Shown here: one piece after another, positions 61,012 through 64,000 of the stretch
How the letters are laid out: every line of letters begins with the position of its first letter
Position numbering within the stretch: position 1 is the first letter of the stretch
Origin: an uncultured delta proteobacterium
Lineage (GTDB): Bacteria; Desulfobacterota; Binatia; UBA9968
Length of the DNA: 64,000 nucleotides
Assembly: GCA_963760795.1 (NCBI GenBank)
Contig: CAVXEP010000015.1
Coordinates: 32,001-96,000, forward strand
Direction of reading: 5' to 3'
Position numbers and translations under genes: made by a program
The notes under the pieces: model-generated
Database searches by the model: none
Told to the model about the DNA's origin: nothing
What the model saw: the letters and a program-made list of their open reading frames with translations, nothing else

Positions 61012-62829
61012 ATGCCGAAGATAACCATTACACTAATTTTAGTGCTATGCGTGATGTTGCCCGCATGCTCGTCGGTTTCATTGCCGTCTCTGCCATGGTC
61101 CGGTTCGGCGGCGAAGGCCGACCCCACGGCGGAAGCGCTCTTCGACGAGGGCACGCGCAATTTCAACGACAAGAAATATGTGCGCGCCATCGATAGTTTC
61201 ACGAAAATCAAGACCGATCATCCGTTCAGCCCGCTGGTCACCCAGGCCGAACTGATGGTTGCCGACGCTCACTATCTCAATGAACAGTTTCCCGAGGCGA
61301 TCAATCTGTTTAAGGAGTTCCAGGAGCTGCATCCGACCAGCGAGCATCTTCCCTTCATCACGTTGCGCCTCGGCCAAGCCCACTTCGACCAGTTCACCGC
61401 CGTCGACCGCGAACAGAAAAATACTGAACTCGCTAAGGGATATTTTGAAGCGGTGATCACCAAATATCCGAAGTCGCCGCAAGCGGCCATCGCCAAGACC
61501 AAACTCGCGCAGACCGTCGAGTACCTGGCCGAGCATGAATTCAGCGCCGCCGAATTTTATTTCAAACAGCAAAAATTTGCCGCCGCGCGCGACCGCTTCG
61601 AGGAGATCGTGCGCAAGTACCGAGACACGCCGACGGCGGTCAAGAGCCTGTACTTCTTGGGTGAATGCTATCGCCAGGAGAAAAATAGCCCGCGCGCGAC
61701 GCTGGCCTATGAAGCGCTGATCCAGCGCTATCCGCAAAGTAAGTACGCCGCCGATGCGCGCACCCAACTAGCCCTGGTCGAGAAAGAAAAAGGCGATCCA
61801 CTGGATATTTTGTTGATGCGCGACCGCCGCCCCGGCGCCGCTCCCGCTCCTGAAGTGAAGGAAGACCCGGCGCTGGCCAAGCTCAAGGATCTCAACCTGG
61901 TGGCCAAGAACGAAGTCGTTTACGAGGAGCCCGGCGCGGAAAAAGGATTTTTCCGCCGCGTCACCGAGAAAATCAACCCTTTTTCGTCTTCGTCAAGCTC
62001 GAATTCAAGCGAACCTAAGCCCCAGTCGGCCTTGGATCTAATGGTAAAGAAAACCGAAGCAGCCGCCAAGAGCAACGAGCCCAAAGCCAGCGGTCTTGTC
62101 GCTGGTGTCGATCAGTCGTTGCAACAAAGGGGCATCGACAGCCAGTCGCGCCAGGCGACGCTGAAAGCTCCAGCCGCGGATCTACCCAAACCGGATGCTG
62201 CGCCGGCGCCGCCAACCGATACCCGCGCGCTCTTGGGTTCCATCGACGTCAATCTGCAAAAGAGCGGGACAAATCCCAACCAAATGCCAAATGCACCGGC
62301 AGCGGCCGCAGCATTCAACGACAGCGCAATTGTGCAAGCCGCGGTGGCTCAAGCCGCCACGGCAAATCAGAAACCCCAAAGCGCTCCAGTTAATGACGTT
62401 TTGAGCAGCATCGATCAGAAGTTACGCGCTAGAGGGGTCGAACCGGCAAAGTTTGAAGCTGCGCCATCCCCGGCGCAGGTGAAGGAAGCCACGGTTGCCA
62501 AACCACAACCGCCGACCGTCGAATTGGAACCCAAGCTCGTCCTGGAAAAAGGGCCGTTGTATTTGAGTCCGAGCGAAACCCAACCGAGCGCCAGCGCTGA
62601 ACCGGTGCCAAGCGGTGCTCCGTCTCCGGCTAGCGAGCCCAAGCAAGAAAACGCCTCCAGATTGCTGGTGAAGGGACCGGTACAGGCGCAAGCCCAAGTG
62701 CCGGGCCAAAAGCCAGCCACTGCGAGAACCCCTGGGGCTGGGCAAGACGATACGCCACCGAGCGCATTCGGACAGATTCAGCAGGATCTCGAGAAGGCCA
62801 GCAAGATTCTCAATCCGTTCAACTGGTAA
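61012..62829 (+). CDS. bamD: BamD lipoprotein with a long Pro/Ala-rich C-terminal extension
   Basis: Lipobox LPAC, HPFSP...AELMVADAHY, FQELHPTS, DREQ..T..A...F, LAEHEF..AEFY. Confidence 0.85.
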   Translation: MPKITITLILVLCVMLPACSSVSLPSLPWSGSAAKADPTAEALFDEGTRNFNDKKYVRAIDSFTKIKTDHPFSPLVTQAELMVADAHYLNEQFPEAINLFKEFQELHPTSEHLPFITLRLGQAHFDQFTAVDREQKNTELAKGYFEAVITKYPKSPQAAIAKTKLAQTVEYLAEHEFSAAEFYFKQQKFAAARDRFEEIVRKYRDTPTAVKSLYFLGECYRQEKNSPRATLAYEALIQRYPQSKYAADARTQLALVEKEKGDPLDILLMRDRRPGAAPAPEVKEDPALAKLKDLNLVAKNEVVYEEPGAEKGFFRRVTEKINPFSSSSSSNSSEPKPQSALDLMVKKTEAAAKSNEPKASGLVAGVDQSLQQRGIDSQSRQATLKAPAADLPKPDAAPAPPTDTRALLGSIDVNLQKSGTNPNQMPNAPAAAAAFNDSAIVQAAVAQAATANQKPQSAPVNDVLSSIDQKLRARGVEPAKFEAAPSPAQVKEATVAKPQPPTVELEPKLVLEKGPLYLSPSETQPSASAEPVPSGAPSPASEPKQENASRLLVKGPVQAQAQVPGQKPATARTPGAGQDDTPPSAFGQIQQDLEKASKILNPFNW

Positions 62830-62885
62830 CCATCCGCGACGAACCCAATCCCATCGTAACTCCCCGGCGCCATCGACTCTGACGG

Positions 62886-64000
62886 TCATTTCGCCGTTGG
62901 CGCCGGGCGCACGCGCACACCTTCTGTGATTTCGCTAAGCCGCTCGGCAATCACTCTATCGCCGGCATTCAAGCCGTCGCGAATCGCCACTGGGTCGGCG
63001 CTCTCGTCGGCGAGTTGCACCGCGCGCCGCGCGGCACGACCGTCGATTATTAAATAGACAAAATACTGGTCGGCCAGCGATTGCAGCGCCGACCGGGGAA
63101 TCGACAATACCAGCTCTTGATGCGCCAGAGTTAGAGCAACATCGACGACGGTACCGATGGGCAGGGCGCGATCGCGATTGTCGACGCTGATTTCTAGCTG
63201 AATCTCCTCGGCGGCGGCGCTGCCTTCTAGGCGCACCACTTTCCCCGCGCGCGCCCCGGCGGGCAATTCCCGGGGGGAAACTTGCGCGGTTATGCCGTCA
63301 CCAATGAGATCTTTGAATCTCGCCGGCGCTGCGCCAACCAGCTTCAACCTATCGATCTGCGCGATGGCAAGAATCGCGCGCGCCGCAGTGACCGGGGCGC
63401 CCGGCGATAATGCACCCACGACCAAACCGCTCACCGGCGCGACGATATGCGCCAGTTGTTGCAGTTTGCGCGCCTGGAGCAACATCGCTTCCTCTTGGGC
63501 AATTTGGGCACGCGCCAACTCAAGCTGCGCTGTCGCCGTAGCGGCTTGAATCTCAGCCTGTTCGACGTCGCGCCGGGCAATCAAGTCTCGACGATAAAGC
63601 TCCTGGTGGCGCGACAGCTGTTTGTCCGCTTCCGCGGCCTCCTGTTGCCTTTCCTGGAACTGCTTTCTGGTGGCGATGAGTCCGGATTCAACTAGGCGGG
63701 TGCGCTCAACGATCTCACCAGAAGACACTGACGCCACCACCGCGCCGGCGGTGACAGTTTCGCCGGTTTTGAATCTAACCTCGGTCAACCTGCCGGCAAG
63801 CCGCGATACCACATCGACTTCGGCGCTCGGCTGAAGCTCACCGCTCATGCGTAGGACCACCGGCCGCGACTCTGGCTTGACCTCGGCAACGGCAACGACA
63901 ATTTCCTTGGCATCGGTAAACCGCTGCCAAGGAATCAGCCCGAAGCGGAATAAACCAAGAGCAAGCAGCGCCAGAGAGCCAGAGACAGCGATAACCGGCC
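62886..64000 (-). CDS. RND efflux periplasmic adaptor (MFP) subunit; 5' end outside the window
   Basis: Lipoyl halves VVSRLAGRL..V.FKTGETV and IVAPVSG, alpha-hairpin, GLNAGDRVI; the frame continues into a TM anchor at the window edge. Confidence 0.88.
   Translation of the reverse strand, partial: PVIAVSGSLALLALGLFRFGLIPWQRFTDAKEIVVAVAEVKPESRPVVLRMSGELQPSAEVDVVSRLAGRLTEVRFKTGETVTAGAVVASVSSGEIVERTRLVESGLIATRKQFQERQQEAAEADKQLSRHQELYRRDLIARRDVEQAEIQAATATAQLELARAQIAQEEAMLLQARKLQQLAHIVAPVSGLVVGALSPGAPVTAARAILAIAQIDRLKLVGAAPARFKDLIGDGITAQVSPRELPAGARAGKVVRLEGSAAAEEIQLEISVDNRDRALPIGTVVDVALTLAHQELVLSIPRSALQSLADQYFVYLIIDGRAARRAVQLADESADPVAIRDGLNAGDRVIAERLSEITEGVRVRPAPTAK

Overview
GC-rich bacterial chromosomal window with a diderm, deltaproteobacteria-like gene set (possibly Ca. 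Binatia; this is inferred from gene style and was not tested). Core genes: greA, ligA, rsmI, acyP, a two-subunit NAD synthetase, amgK-murU, futalosine-pathway mqnL/mqnP, bamD, sodC, an Opp/Dpp ABC transporter and a MoxR-DUF58 operon. These are interleaved with two surface-glycosylation blocks carrying six GT-C-like membrane proteins, two polyprenol-phosphate GT2s and an LtaS-like alkaline-phosphatase-fold enzyme. The ORF track misses a 74-codon glutaredoxin-like gene (36608-36832) with two in-frame UGA codons, each followed by a SECIS-like hairpin, so it is a probable di-selenoprotein of the UXX-star type. It also misses a head-to-head deletion scar of two pseudogene remnants in front of dppD. 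About a dozen small frameshifts, mostly single extra bases, break otherwise intact genes and look like long-read errors. Short-period hairpin repeats and REP-like elements fill several gene junctions. No tRNA, rRNA, CRISPR array, integrase or transposase was recognised.
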